In this document: positions 12,901 to 26,400 of the stretch, one piece after another
Layout of the letters: the number at the start of each line of letters is the position of its first letter
Numbering within the stretch: position 1 is the first letter of the stretch
Source: Bugula neritina
Taxonomy: Eukaryota > Animalia > Bryozoa
Direction of reading: 5' to 3'
Assembly (NCBI GenBank): GCA_964035545.1
Contig: OZ037773.1
Span: forward strand, 6,787,751 to 6,851,750
DNA length: 64,000 nucleotides
Notes under the pieces: model-generated
What the model saw: only the letters and a program-made list of their open reading frames with translations
Told to the model about the DNA's origin: nothing
The model's database searches: none
Translations under genes and position numbers: made by a program

Positions 12901-15900
12901 ACAGTAACAAAACAACATCTCGGAGAATATTAACAGAGAAGAGAGGTAGAGCTGAAAGCTAACAAGTAGGTCAAAGGGAAGTTGCCGGCAGAAGATCGAT
13001 AAACAGGGTGGAGCAAGATTGGATAACCTTGCTAATAGTTAATAGCAGGGGGTAGGGCATATGAAAATAATAGTCTTCTACTGGGACTGGGTTCAGAAAA
13101 CTAAATAATTAGCCTATCAATTACAATATAAGCTGAAGTATACAATATATTTTAGAGTTTGGAATACTTTTTAGTAGCACAGAGTAAAACTAGTAAAAGC
13201 AATAAAATAAAATATTTTTCGAAAAGACTGAACTTCTAGTCATTAACTAAAATGACTGTTTTTAGGACAAATTTTAATAAGAGTTTCTTAGATGGAACAG
13301 AACCTAACTGACTAGTAACTAGCTGACTAGTAATAACATAATTTCCAGTCTGATGCATATCCGTAGCATTTTAATGACAAAACAAGCAGCATACAAAGCA
13401 ATCTGGAAATAAGTAACTCGTGACAACAGAGATGAGATACAGACGTGTTTTGGAAAGACTATACAAAAAACCATGCAAGTAACAACATTTGGTATATGAG
13501 AGAGAGGGAGAGGCACTTGTGAAGAAAAGAGGCAACATTAAGAACTTAAAACATTAGGAGACCAAACATTGCAATACAGATGCTCAAACCTTTCTGCCAT
13601 GTCCCATCAATGTAGAATCAGTCATTTTTCCCTGCATCAGATACTCATAATGCTTTACCAGTGAAAAATTAACTGTATACTATACAACATACAGTTAATT
13701 GTGAAAACTGGTGGAAGATAGGAATGGTGCAACTTTAATCAATTTATTTATAAAACACAGTCAAGAAACTAGTGCTGCGTATTATACTTCAGATATACTT
13801 ACCTCCAACGATCCATTAGACACGAAGGCATGACTCGGCATTGTATGTATATTCAACCTGGAAAATGTGTCAAATCAACTGAATCAAAGAGTAAACAGAT
13901 TTTATTCCCAGCAGATGAGTAAATTGTTTTCACAAATAAAATTAAAACGATTTATGTTTAAAAATATATAAGCAGCATGGCATACTACAAATGCAGAAGT
14001 ACAAATGATACAAACATAAAACAATATTAGCTAAATATACAATTATTTCAACGTATTAACATGTTCATTTATGATACTAAATATTTTCAACTCATGTATA
14101 ATAAGAAATGTTTACAACTAGCTGTAACATATAATAGACAGTTGACCTACCTGAGTTTATTGGCAGTGGACGGGTTGGAGGTGGGAGCCCCCCTACTGTT
14201 TGTATATTGCGTGTATCTGTCAGGGAAGAGCCTCTGGTGTAGTATCTGGTTGTTTGCTGATGGATATTGCAGAAATTGACTAAACAAAAAATAACAAGAA
14301 ATAAAAACATAAGATATTTTTCATCAGCTTCAACTGTTGCAAAACACACCCAAATATAAAAACCACATGGTGGAAGGGCTTAAACTATTCTGTTATTTAA
14401 CATCACAGTGCATGTCTTCTACCAATTTCTAGCTTGATTATGTGGCTGCAATAGCCCAACTATAAACAAAGCAGATCTACTCTAAACTGGAACCTCAAAT
14501 AAACACACCCAACATAGTCTTTGCCAACAACAGCAGTGAATGATGTTAACTCAAGGTTGGTAAAAATAAAAGAACTGCTACTACATATTACATTCAACTT
14601 GGAAAACAGTTATATAATGATTTTATAATTTAATATTCGTTAAATTAGCGGGGTCATACTAATTATACCTGTATGTAAGTATACCTGTATGTAAGTATAC
14701 CTGTATGTAAGTATACCTGTATGTAAGTATACCTGTATAAGTCCCAGGACTCTGCCGTAGGGAAGATCCTCACCCAGCCTCCCCGTCTAACGTACTCTTC
14801 CTTCACTCGACGTACCATCCTCGCCTCCTCCTGAGAGAGAGGGACAACTCCGTCTGCTGCTGAAGTCCTGCCAGACGCAGCTCCTCGGAGCCTTCCGGAA
14901 CCCGGTCGAATCTGCTTCTAAACAATCCAACAGAAAACTTTCGTCTTAACTTACAAAACTTATAATTGCAAGTTTAAAAGAAAATTTCAAACAAAAAACC
15001 TACTCAATATTCAATCTCAGTAAACATGGGAGATCAGATCAGATCAGATACTTCAACAAATTTTTCAATTATATAAATATACTATTTTGTGACGCAATCA
15101 TTTTGTTGGTAAAATAATATAACTGGGTTTTGGTTTAAAATATAACAATGCAAACAATACAATATAGCTCGAGCGCTATATAAATAGTTACAACTAGATC
15201 CACGTAGGATCTTAAATAATTGTCCGAGTTCCGACAACTTTCAACATATAAGAAATGGAAGTAGTATTTGCAGCAGGTCAAGGTCACTAGAATTCAAACA
15301 AACATGCAGTCACTGTACAAGCATTTCATAATTAGACCATACAATCTAAGTTTTATAGACCTTCTTGTAGCCTAAGAACTAAGTTCTTGTAGCCTAAGTA
15401 CTAAGTTCTTGTAGCCTAAGTGGTAACTAAGTCTGGTAAAATTTGCTTGGCAGTCTTTTATTTAAAATTAATACAGTGATTTAAAACTGAAAACATTTAT
15501 TTTTTACTCCCTCCCTAAAAAATGAGAGTTGCTTTTAATCTAAAAAGCCAAATATTCATCTTTTCATGGAGAAGTTTTGGAAAGAAAGTTTAAAATTTGG
15601 AAGTAAAAAGTGAGGCAGGAGCTGAAATTTTGTATTAAGTGAATGTTGATTGTGTCTGTTAATTGAACAATCAAAATTTGAGCTAGACATATTTTTCATT
15701 TCAAATAACAAATTAGTTTCAAAATTGGAGTTTTCCTCTCGCAAAAATTGGGAAAGCTGTGACTTGCTAAAAGAATAAATGATTGAAAAGGTCTAAAAAA
15801 CCCACTCAAGTGCCAAACCATGAAAACATATAAAAGGCATGAAATTTCACACAGAAGGCAGCTAGTAGAAGTGAGATAGACAACAAAGTAACTAATAAAG

Positions 15901-18900
15901 ATTTCTTGCCTCTAAGTAATTTTTAGCATTTACCAAAGCATCAACCACCTTGATAACATAAGAGACAATACAGTGTAAACAAGAGTAAATTCTTAAAACC
16001 ACCACCTCATACAAATTGGTAAAAGCATAAAAAAATAGTTTTTACTCAATTAACAACCAAATGCTCATTCAGTGAGGTAGTACAACAGAATCTCCAACAA
16101 CAAAACCAAAAAATCTAGCTCACAGATAAGATTTACAAATGCTACTTTCAATTCTCAAAATTTAGCATATTCACTCTTTATAAAAGAATATTAAAAAATT
16201 AGCAATTCATATGGCTTAGTTACTAAAAATAGAATGTTATAAAACCTAACTTCTCTATAAGATAATATTGAAAGGTTTCGTGCAACCAAGAGCTTAAGAT
16301 GCACCAGGAGAAGGGGATAGCAGATACATGAACTAATAAGGAGGTGGGAAAGTCAGAAGAAAGTACACTGTTGGTCAGCTTTATGGTCCAAAAAAATTAA
16401 TAAAGTTTAATGACCCATAAAAATGAATTTAATTGGCTAAGATTTCTATAATAGGCGAATCACAAATGAAACATCTTTCAATATCACACAAGAAGTTACT
16501 AGCATGAAAGCAATCTAAATTGCCCATGTAGAAAAATCGTGAAAAAATTACCAACGGTTTGTTAATATTCTTCACCAGCAAAACTACTGCTTAATTTTTT
16601 ATTTATAAAAGCGTAAGCCTGTATTACTTATATATTGTCAGCATATTACATTTCAGCATAAGTTACAAGTAAGTTTACACATGTGTCAGCAAGTGTTGAA
16701 ACTTACTTTAATTAAGCAATACCAAACGAAGCTATTTCTGGTAAATACACCTTTTTTAAAGAAAATTCAAACACAAGATTTTTCTTTCAAACCAACAAAA
16801 ATGCCTGGTGTTGGGCAGTTAGATGGCACCCACAGCACCCACCCGCAACCGAGTTGAAGATTGATTCTAAAGCTACAAGCTGGTGAATGTTACACACATA
16901 ACTGTGACACACTTTATCTTACCTTGGAACCGGCAGATTGGGCACGGGCCACAAAAGACATGCCCGTACTGCCTGCTCTGCTAAATGAAGCAGAACCTGG
17001 TCTAATTCTCTATTAGAAATACAAATACAGGAAAAAGTGCACAGACAGACATTGAGAATATACAAATGATGGGGGGATGTCAAACTGACATCACTCTAGT
17101 CAGCTTGCGACATCATTCTAATCAAGTGTTTTTGGAACTACTCTGTCAAACCAACTTTAGTCTATGACGATTTCTACAGTGACACTTTTCGTAAAGACGT
17201 CTGCAACTACAGGATGTCAATTATTCAGCCCCCCCTAATTATCTTTCTATATTAACACAAATCTAAGGCATATAAATAGTTATTCTCTTTACATTTAATA
17301 TCAATATTCCTGAAAGTTAGTAACAAGCGAAATTAGTGTTACATACGAGTACAAAATGTGCTGTAAAGTATGAAGCTTAAGAAACTAACAACTTTGAAAG
17401 CACGGCAAATATAATGAGAAAATATACCAGATTACTGGAGTAGCAAGAATTCTTTTTGATAAAAGATGAAAATGCGGTGTGGGAAGAAGAGAAAGAGTGG
17501 CATCGAGCAAAGAAGACATGAGTATGCATACACTAGGGCCAATAATTTTATTTGTAACACTGAAATGTCACAAATTCAAATTGAGAAAACATGATAGTTT
17601 AATTTGATGGTAATGATAAATCTTTCAACAGCAAAAGTCTATAGCATTACCTTAACAGTAGGTTCAGCTTGTGCCGGAACTGGAATTATTGGTTTTACTT
17701 GGTTTTTTACAACTGGTTTACTTTTATCAAACATTTTCGCCAGTCTAAACTGAGCCTCTGAGACGGCAATGGTTTTATCAAGTTGACCTTTTGAACCAGA
17801 GCTGTTACTCAAAGAACGCTTGGGCCTTCGTGTTTGTATTTTGTGATTAGAGCATTGACTAGGTGACTGGGAGAAGAGCTGTGTTATTTGTAGACCATTA
17901 GCCTGGGTTCTAGAGCTTTTAGCACTACCTATTTTGATGAGAGGAGGTTGAATTAAGTCGGGAAATGAGGGAGAGACATCAGTGTTGAGTTTAGAAGAGT
18001 CTAGAAGCTGTTGAGGAGTGCCAGCAGGTGTGTGTGAAGTGCTAGTAGATGGTAGAGAGATGCCAGGAGATGACTGAACAGTGCTAGCAGGTGGTTGACA
18101 GTTGACATGAGGCAATTGGCAAGTAGTAACAAGTGGCTTAGCTGAGCTGGAAGATGGTTGGGTAGAATTTGTGGAAGTATGTTTTGATGATGGCTCAGAA
18201 TTATTTATTGTGCTACCATTGACTGCCTCCGAACGCTGTGCAAAGATGACAGTCTATATAAATTTACATAGCATCTATATCTATATACATATATATCTAT
18301 TACTATATCTATCTACAGTCTATGTATTTGATAGTGTACTCTACAACACAACACAAACCTGCTGCCTGATTGGATTTTTCGCTGCCAGATCTTGATTGCG
18401 TTTTGATTGGGTTCTGAGCATTGGGTCGTGCAGCACAAAACCTACAAATACGATTAAATAGTTACCAGTAACGACTAACTAGTAATTATTAACTAATTAC
18501 TAGTAACTAATAACTAGTAACGACTAACTAGTAATTATTAACTAATTACTAGTAACTAATAACTGGAAATTATTAACTAGTCGTTAGTAACTAATTACTA
18601 GTAACTAATTACTAGTGAATAATCACCAGTAACTAATTCTTAGAATGTAAATAGATATCTAACATCCTTAAATATTTTGCGCTGATATCAAACTTGTGAT
18701 AAGACAGTAGTCACACAGAAGTACATATGAATATCACAGAATATTAGACTGTGAGTATTGAGTACCACAGGCTAATAGACTGATTCTTACCAGTTAGACT
18801 GAAGAGGTCAGCTACAAGATGGGATTTGATCTTCAGGTCAATTGGAGAATCACAGGCTAATGAGGGGGACAGGTTGACCTCAAGGACCCAAGGCCGCAAG

Positions 18901-21900
18901 GCTGAATCTATGAGGACGTCAAATCCGTACAGCTCTAAGAGAAAAGCAGAGAACATTAAAGGTATTATATAATAATATTATGATTTACATAACTGTATAT
19001 ATAATATTTTGTTATGGAGGTTATTACAAAGCAGTTTCAAAGTCAACCCATGACATAGCATAATAAGCAATAAAATATGATGAAGGAAAATACAGTTTAC
19101 ACTGTCAGCAACACTTTATGGTGCAGATAACTTCTAATTTCATTCCTATTTTAACACGCAAAATAAAAAGTTCAAAAGTAGAAGTTTATAAAAGTAATTA
19201 GATCTATCAAGATTTTATATTAATATGTTACATAGCAGGTTTAGATTAACTAGGCCATATAATCAAGTTCCCATTAAAACTTACCAAAACAATTCCCTTT
19301 ATGAGGCATAAACATCTTGCATGCCGTAGCAATTGGCGTTTCCACTGATATTAGAGTTTTGATGATGGCATCTTCAATTCTCATCATTATTGCTGTAAGT
19401 AGTAAAACCAACATTCTAGTAGTAGCATTGTAAAACGTGACAAAAATGTGTTTCTGTACCATTAATTATGCAACATTCCAGCAATTTCTACTAACTTAAA
19501 GGTGTTAAATTCCTGTTTATATTATGGGCAGTCTATTTTAATTTATTTTCATGTTTTTAAACACCTAACTGACATGATATGAAATGAAAAAAACATGTTT
19601 CGTTGAAAAAGAATAATGAAATGCCAAGTTTAGTATTTTATTAGATTGAATGTGTCTAACATTACATCCTAATGTTATGCCAAAGTAGGAACACAACTAT
19701 AGCCACAAATCCTATAAAATAATCTCACCTGTGGAGTCGTGGCCCTCGGCTCTGAGACAACGGAGTAAAGCACCTAACGACCACTTGTTCCCATAATCCT
19801 CTACTTCCGGGTCCTCATTCCTGCAGAGTAATTCAGAGCATAAACATAATACACATGACAACGTTCTACCCTATAGAGCTCGGTATCTAAACAGATAGAT
19901 GAGCTCTAAACACAACAAATAGATTGGGGAAAAAAGCAAACCTACTAATTATGAACAATGTAATACACAATACAATATTTATTACACACTTTTTATTACG
20001 CATCCACTGAATGACTACAAAATGATTATGCACTATAACAGAATTTCCATAATACTGAATACGAATAATCAGAGAGGTATAATTTTTACACTGTAGTTTT
20101 GAAATTCCCCAATGGTTAGCACGCTAGCTTGCAAGCCAGAGGTCTGCGTTTCGAATCCCAGTGAGGGCAATTTTTTTTTTACTATTATATCTTCACTATG
20201 TATTTGGTTATATAAATACTAACTGCACAAAGTCGCCACTCTTCTTATTTACGCTGTAGTTGGTGAGGTGCATGCAGTGGTTCTTTATATTCTTAGTGAC
20301 TTTCTGGTCGTATCTGACGGTGGCGAATCTAGAGAGTCCCTCCTCGTACAAGTAGATGACAAGGGGGTCGTATGAGGTCACTGCGACGTACAGACGAAGG
20401 TCAAACTTGAAACCTGCAATATAGTCTTATGCTAATCAACGACTGAATACTGGCTGCTATTTAGGTGCGATGATAAAAATTGCAATATAGTCTAAGCTCT
20501 TTAGCTTTCTTCATGAAGTTTAGTTGGAAACTGCAGTTGAGAATCTTTTTTGCTACATTTACATCTAGAACACAGACTTATAAATCCCAATTTTTCCTTT
20601 ACGGTTTTTTAAAGTTCAAAGCAAACAAATAACAGCCCTAACATACATACAGTCTTCCTCTAACCCTTCACACAGCAAAGCACAAATTTGCATCCTATGA
20701 TTTTGCAGTATAAAACTTGTTTGAGGGCAAATGAATTGCTGCTTATATTAAAAAATTGTCTCAAAACAATAGCTATAATATTAATTTGCAAATATGAAAG
20801 CAAAGAAAGCAATTCAGAAGTTGAATTGAGGTTAAAAAAGATGTAATAAAAGTTAGACTGATATACTTACCATCTACTAGGAGAGGTTTAGGAATGTATC
20901 TGCATACAATGTACGTCTCGTCTAAGGGAACACCGTCAGGCTAAAAGTTAGAATGCAAAACTCAGTTTAGACATTTCCTGTGATGTGCAAACACTGCAGA
21001 CAGGAATTACATTGATTGGAGAAGACACCTTAATTGACCAAAAAAAATGATTACAATAGAAATTACATATATCATAATGTTGAGATAACAACTCCGAGTT
21101 GTAATATTCGCAGCACAAAGTATCTTGTATAAGACAGCAACATTAACTGCACCATGAATTACTCTTACATATAATTAAAAGCAGCATTCCAGAGTAGAAA
21201 CTAAAAGCTTTAACAAATATATTCTATAACTGCAATTACTACCAAAAATGTTGACTGAAAAAGCAATTAGTAAAATTCTACATCAACTGGTTTTCAATTG
21301 TGACTCAGTAATTTACATTGGTTATTTATTTCACATATTTTTATCACATTTAAGTTCAAGGGTCTAAGTTGAAGCTGACCCTCTCTAACACTCTAAACTC
21401 TAGAAAGCTCAAATTTCAACTTAAATTCAGAAATGACATTCAACTTTAAACTTGTACTAGCAATTTTCCTAATTTTAGATAGGAAGAAAACAGTAATTTG
21501 ATATACTAGAACTCCTATCTAGGTATAATCTTACATGATTGACAAGGAAGATGCCACGCCCCCTAGACGACGCGACAGGCTTTACAATCCACGTCCCCTT
21601 CTCTCTCAGATAGGCACCTGGTGAAACAGCACGAATGTGGTACATGCTAGAAACTTCTAAAAGTTATATTCACAATAATTTCAAGAGTTTTAATTAGTAA
21701 AATTAGATGTTACGACATTTTTATTTAAACTTCACTTATATCTTAGATGTAGAGATAACTCCCACTTACTGCAGAAATCCTGGAATTCCCCAGGACAGAC
21801 AAAGCTGAGTGGTACAAAGTCAAAGTGTTTAAATCCCTACAAACAGCAGTTTCAGCACATCAATAGTAATGTCCTTTGTACAGCTACAGTCAACTGAATA

Positions 21901-24900
21901 TAGTAAAGCCAAAGTATGATGTAAATAAATATTACAATACATATCTTAGTTTGTAATGTTATGAAACTCAATTAATTACAGGTGTTCACTGTAGACAATA
22001 AAAAAATTAAATGATACTACTGACTACATCAACTGTTTAGTTAAAACTTAATATAGAGGGAAAATAAAATTTTTCTTATTTCAAGATTTTATTCTTGTTC
22101 TTTACACGAAGACTAAAAAGGATGTCTCTTGTTTTCGCAGCTTTATTAAAGTCCACAAGCGGAACATGAGATAAACAAGTACTAATGACATCAGCTGACT
22201 TACATTCCTGAGTGTTACCGGATAGTGTTTACATCTAGGTCAATACCTTTATTTGCTGCATTCGCTGGACGTTTCTATAGAGTCTATCCTTCCTGGTAAT
22301 CTCGTAGGACCTGGGGAAGTGATTAACTTTCTGGAACTCAGTTAAACCTCTGAGTACGTAAGGCTTAAGGTGTGACCCTGTCCACAGCAGGTTGAACTCA
22401 TTGCTGTTAGGGTGCGCCTGCAGAATACACCTTGGAGTCAATATACAGGTTAGTAAAGAGAGCATCTGCAGAATACACTTTAGAGTTAATAATGTACGTG
22501 TAGGAGTAAAATGCGGCTGCAGAATGCACCTGAGCTAGGTGACACGTACCTCATGGAAACCGTGACAGGTCAAAGTGTTCCTCACCAACTTGCACTCAGT
22601 TTTGTAAATCTTAAATGACATGTGGTATTTGTCTAAAAACAGATACAGAGAGCTGACGAGTGTAAAAGGCAACAACCACAGCTTAAATGATTTTCCTTTA
22701 TGGCTATTACCAACAACATATATATCAAACTGCCAAGAAAATGTAATACTAAAATAGATTAAATGCAGCAGCAGTGCAGAATTCATATAAAATAGAAGTA
22801 TACCGAAATTCTTGTCATCTTAATTTATTGCAAGTTGTTATTTTTCAGTAAATTGCTTCACATGTCAAGAAAAAGAGGATGCACCAATAAGTCAATTTGG
22901 TGAACCTTGCGAAATTTCAGCTGCCATATAGTATATAAAGGTGAACATATACCAGTTAAACATGGCTAGTAACATAAAGCAGGCTGGCATAGACTAAATG
23001 GTGAATTTTATTGACGATACAGCCAATTAGACTACACCAATGACCTCACAGAGCTGCACTACCTAGTCATTTTACATCCAATCTAGATGTTACAGTCAAC
23101 ATAAGAACTGTGCAGTATATTCACTGCCATCCTTTCTATAAATTTTTTTTAATATTTTAATTTCCTAACACAACATACTACTGATAGCAGAAAACTCCAT
23201 AAATTCAAGTTGAAGGAAATACTCTCACCTCCTAGTGCTCTGTGTTCACTGGACTTTTTTATTATTGCATCTGATTTGAACAGTAGTATAGCCTGTCTTT
23301 TGTTATATCCAGACCACTGCACCATCTTATTGATCTTACCTTTGGCCACATCCTGCTGTTACATAGCGTCAATAAATAACATAATGGTACGACACTTTAT
23401 ATAAAGGTTGAATTGAGCATTTAACTACATTGAAATAAAACATTGCGAATTCCTAGGCTTTTCCTATCTATTTCTACTAGTATAAGCGAGCTTCTGTACA
23501 AGCATTCAATATGTGTACCCTTAATGCATTGCTGACTTATAATTCTAATCAATACAAATTAACTTTTTACCATAATAATTATTATCAAAATATGCAAAAT
23601 GCTAACTTGAGTGCAAACATGATAAATATATAAAGTATTACATGCTCTATTTTTATTGACAATCCAAAAAAACTCAATTAAGGTTGATGTTCTCTTTAGT
23701 TTCACTGTATAAAAGCATGCCTAACCTTGTAAAACCTATATGACTGTTGAAACATAAAATTATGACCAGTCTGGTTAAAGATACCATTGCCAAGTTAAAA
23801 GTTACAACTTAGAGTTTGCAGACATAGACCTGAGTGTAGAACACCCCAATAGGGTTCGAATTTAGCTCCTCTCAGTAGGGTCATAATAAATACAATATTC
23901 CTAAATAAGCAGAAATCATCTATAAGCAGCTCCAGGTTGGGGGTGGCTAAGTGCAGCAAGTTGGGGTTTCAAAATCCAACCTAAATATCCAACTCCAAAC
24001 TGAGAATCCCAAACTACTACACCCAGTCACCTCCAACTCGGAGCTGCTTATAGAACGACTCAAATTAGCAAGTAATAGACCGAGAACTTTACACTACTAT
24101 TGAAATCAATAAAAACAACTCTTTGTGTAGTATTGCAATGGTAACTATAATATCCCAATCAAAGGGCAGCATGATAAATAATTCTATAATAGATAGTAGC
24201 GTAGCCTAGGGTTATTCCAAACTGTACCATTCAGAGATATCGTATATAGGTGACATAATTAAATAAAAAGTTCTTATTGATTAGTATAGCCAACAACATA
24301 GACTGATAAACTTGCAGCCACACATTGTGCAGTGAAGTTGCCTAAGAAATTAGGTGGTAACTAAGTATTATCTGTAAGTTGCAGTATAAACTCGTAGAAC
24401 TGAAAGTTACAAAATGTTGAGCTATTTTTTCCCCTCTAATAGGCCTATAAATTTATATAGAAACAGCTTTTATACAATGCTCTAACCTTAATTTTGTTTT
24501 TTAAGAAAGCTTTTTTTGTAAGCTAAAAATTTAAAATATATTAGCGTTTTATAAAAATTAAAGTATAGCTCAATTTCACAGTTTTACTGTGGTGATCAAA
24601 CCAGCTATTTTGTAAATTTCCAAATACATTTTATAGTCATACATATATCTAAATTCAAGTTAATATCAATTTAATCAGTTGTTATTTAGAAACATGTGTT
24701 AGTGTAAACAAGTACTCATTCAGCCAATCAAGAGACAAAAGACATCTTAATTGAATTATTAGCTAATTAATGAAACACAATAATTACACTTACAGACTAC
24801 AAATTTAAAAGAAACTGGGGAATACATGTTAATAAGTTTACATCTGGACATTAAAAGCCTAAAATTCACAAGCTAGAATAGCCTAAAATCCTGAACAGTG

Positions 24901-25333
24901 TATGGATATATTATAGGCAAGAAACGTGTAAAATGAACCTTAGATTTCTGATCTACAGTGTCAGCTGTTGAAACTGATTCTAAATCATCATGCTCTTCAG
25001 ATTGTGAGTCACTATCACTACCACTACTAGATGAGTCATCATCTGAGATCACTTCCTTTCTAGCCGAGGTCGTGGCTTCATCGTCATTAGCCTACAAAAT
25101 TTAAGCAACATTTAATCAATGTAAAACATTGAGAGAGTCTCAATGTTATCATATTACTCTAGTTTCAACAATAATGCAGTAGTTGAATCAATTAAATTAT
25201 TTTTTATCATAAATAATACATAGCCAACTTATTTTGTAATGTGCTAAAGTGCAACTCTTGCTATAATGACTATTTAAGTTGCCAGGCTTAAACTGATGGA
25301 TTTATTGATAAAAATGTTTACCGCAGAGTCCAT
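978..25333 (-). CDS. TTLL5: Tubulin polyglutamylase TTLL5-like, multi-exon. Coding exons 5'->3': 25333-25322, 25091-24939, 23352-23229, 22632-22550, 22417-22247, 21836-21770, 21617-21535, 20940-20871, 20413-20224, 19820-19729, 19392-19285, 18934-18791, 18441-18359, 18235-17651, 17009-16923, 14917-14733, 14279-14151, 13857-13803, (13631-13590 possible), 12394-12268, 11964-11667, 11220-11103, 10614-10498, 10034-9898, 9363-9182, 7019-6798, 6279-6196, 5626-5483, 4927-4852, 4472-4249, 3654-3486, 2699-2076, 1095-978
   Basis: Spliced frame contains TTL-domain motifs [87 protein letters not shown]5-type C-terminal motifs follow: [70 protein letters not shown]. All introns are GT-AG with matching phases; stop TGA at 980-978. 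Exons in low-complexity parts are less certain. Confidence 0.95.
3137..3168. repeat. (GACT)8 microsatellite
   Basis: Visible. Confidence 0.9.
4990..5142. repeat. (TGAG)n microsatellite
   Basis: Visible; gives the spurious HSLT ORF. Confidence 0.95.
6278..6400 (-). repeat. 38-bp tandem repeat (~3.3 copies) reiterating the TTLL5 acceptor ATATTACAG
   Basis: CTGTAATATATGGTAGTATTACATAGATATACTACAGG repeated immediately at the exon start 6279. Confidence 0.9.
10330..10513 (-). repeat. 28/33-bp tandem repeat reiterating the TTLL5 exon end and donor (TAGCAAAGCAG|GTG)
   Basis: About six units, starting within the exon 10614-10498 end. Confidence 0.9.
11370..11597. repeat. Compound (GTGTGTGGAAGT)n + (TGAG)n satellite
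   Basis: Visible. Confidence 0.95.
14666..14738 (-). repeat. 16-bp tandem repeat giving five copies of the TTLL5 donor TACAG|GTATA
   Basis: TACCTG at 14666, 14682, 14698, 14714 and 14730. Confidence 0.9.
15362..15432. repeat. 22-bp tandem repeat (~3 copies, TTCTTGTAGCCTAAG..CTAAG)
   Basis: Visible. Confidence 0.8.
17071..17235. mobile_element. Degenerate MITE-like element with G6/C6-ended inverted termini
   Basis: GGGGGGATG..AACTGACATC at the left end versus GATGTCAATTATTCAGCCCCCC at the right end. Confidence 0.5.
18466..18640. repeat. Degenerate TAACTAGTAATTA-type satellite
   Basis: Visible, just intronic of the acceptor at 18442. Confidence 0.8.
18791..22632 (-). other. TTLL5: Exons encoding the TTL/ATP-grasp catalytic core of TTLL5
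   Basis: ORF-track fragments 22535-22786, 22235-22465, 19274-19462 and 18744-18956, plus hand-read exons, reconstruct the catalytic domain including the E-V-N motif. Confidence 0.95.
20106..20180 (+). mobile_element. tRNA-derived SINE head / tRNA pseudogene fragment
   Basis: A-box-like CAATGGTTAGC, B-box-like TTCGAATCCC, then a T-run; no intact acceptor stem. Degenerate relatives at ~55271-55337 and ~59740-59800. Confidence 0.6.
23912..24061. mobile_element. Fold-back/MITE-like element in TTLL5 intron 2
   Basis: Perfect 15-bp inverted repeat TCTATAAGCAGCTCC (23919-23933) / GGAGCTGCTTATAGA (24040-24054), extending imperfectly on both sides. Confidence 0.65.
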
Positions 25334-26239
25334 TTTCTATATCTTCTTAGTCCATGCAAATAGTTGCAATGTAGATATACCTAAAAATAAGAACATCACA
25401 CTTATAATTAAAAAACACAGAATAGGTTTACAAAAATAAATTCTTAAAATACAAAGTTACAGTTTTATTTCCTATTGCAATCATCAGTATACCAAGTGTG
25501 ATGAAAACAAGCAAACTCAAAGTCAAAAGTGATAGACGTTATCACTTTATGATTATGGTTACAACAATAAATTTATTAGTACTACTCCTACTACAACTAC
25601 TAGTACTAGCTTTATTATCAACACTTACACTACCACTCTGACTGTGCTAATACTAATAGTAATAGTAATGGCTAATACTGGTACTATGTTACAAATACAA
25701 CTACATTCAATTTTAGTTTGACTCTCTACTAGTACTAGTGTTAGTAATACTAGTACTAATACTAGACTAGTACTAGTAATAGTAAGTAGTATACTAGTCC
25801 TAAACCTAGTACCTGCACCTTAGAGTGTAGAGTTAAAATGACAGTGTAGATGTAATACCAAGAGTAACAGTAACACTAACTGTAAATGTAAGTCAAAGTG
25901 CAAGTACTCTCATGTACTCGTAGTAGTTGTACTACTACTACTAGTAGTAGACCTAATAGTAGTAGTACTAGTACTACTATTAGTAGTAGTACTAGTAGTA
26001 AGCCAAAGTGTAACACTAACACTAACAGTAAGTGTAACTGTAACTCAAACTGTAAGTGTAAGTGTAAGTCAAAGTCAAAGTGTAACTAGTAGTACTGAAG
26101 AGACTAATAAATTTAGAAACAAATAAAAAAAGAGTATATATTAAAAATAACTCATGGTATTCAACACTACTTAAAACAAAATTCAAACTATGTTCAAAGT
26201 TCATTCAAATTAAAAAATTACAAAATAGTGTAATCATTT

Positions 26240-26400
26240 TCTGACATTTCGCGGAAAAATTAATTTTATTGTTTCCATGGGTTTAGTTTGTATCCTGCGC
26301 GCTTGCGTATTTGCATTCTTGGGTACACTAGATGCTCTACAGCCTACGCCATTGAGAGCAATGAGTTAATTATTGAGCAATGAGTTAATATAATTGTCGC
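26240..26400. promoter_or_regulatory. Probable core of the bidirectional TTLL5/INTS7 promoter
   Basis: Local CpG patch (CCTGCGCGCTTGCGTATTTGCATTCTTGGGTA) midway between divergent start codons. Both ATG exons have upstream acceptors (25381, ~27275), implying non-coding first exons here. Confidence 0.5.

Noticed and set aside
13028-13100. Extra TTLL5 exon
   Set aside because: 73 nt with an in-frame stop in the required phase.
20106-20180. Functional tRNA gene
   Set aside because: No paired acceptor stem and a degenerate T-arm; related decayed copies elsewhere point to a SINE.
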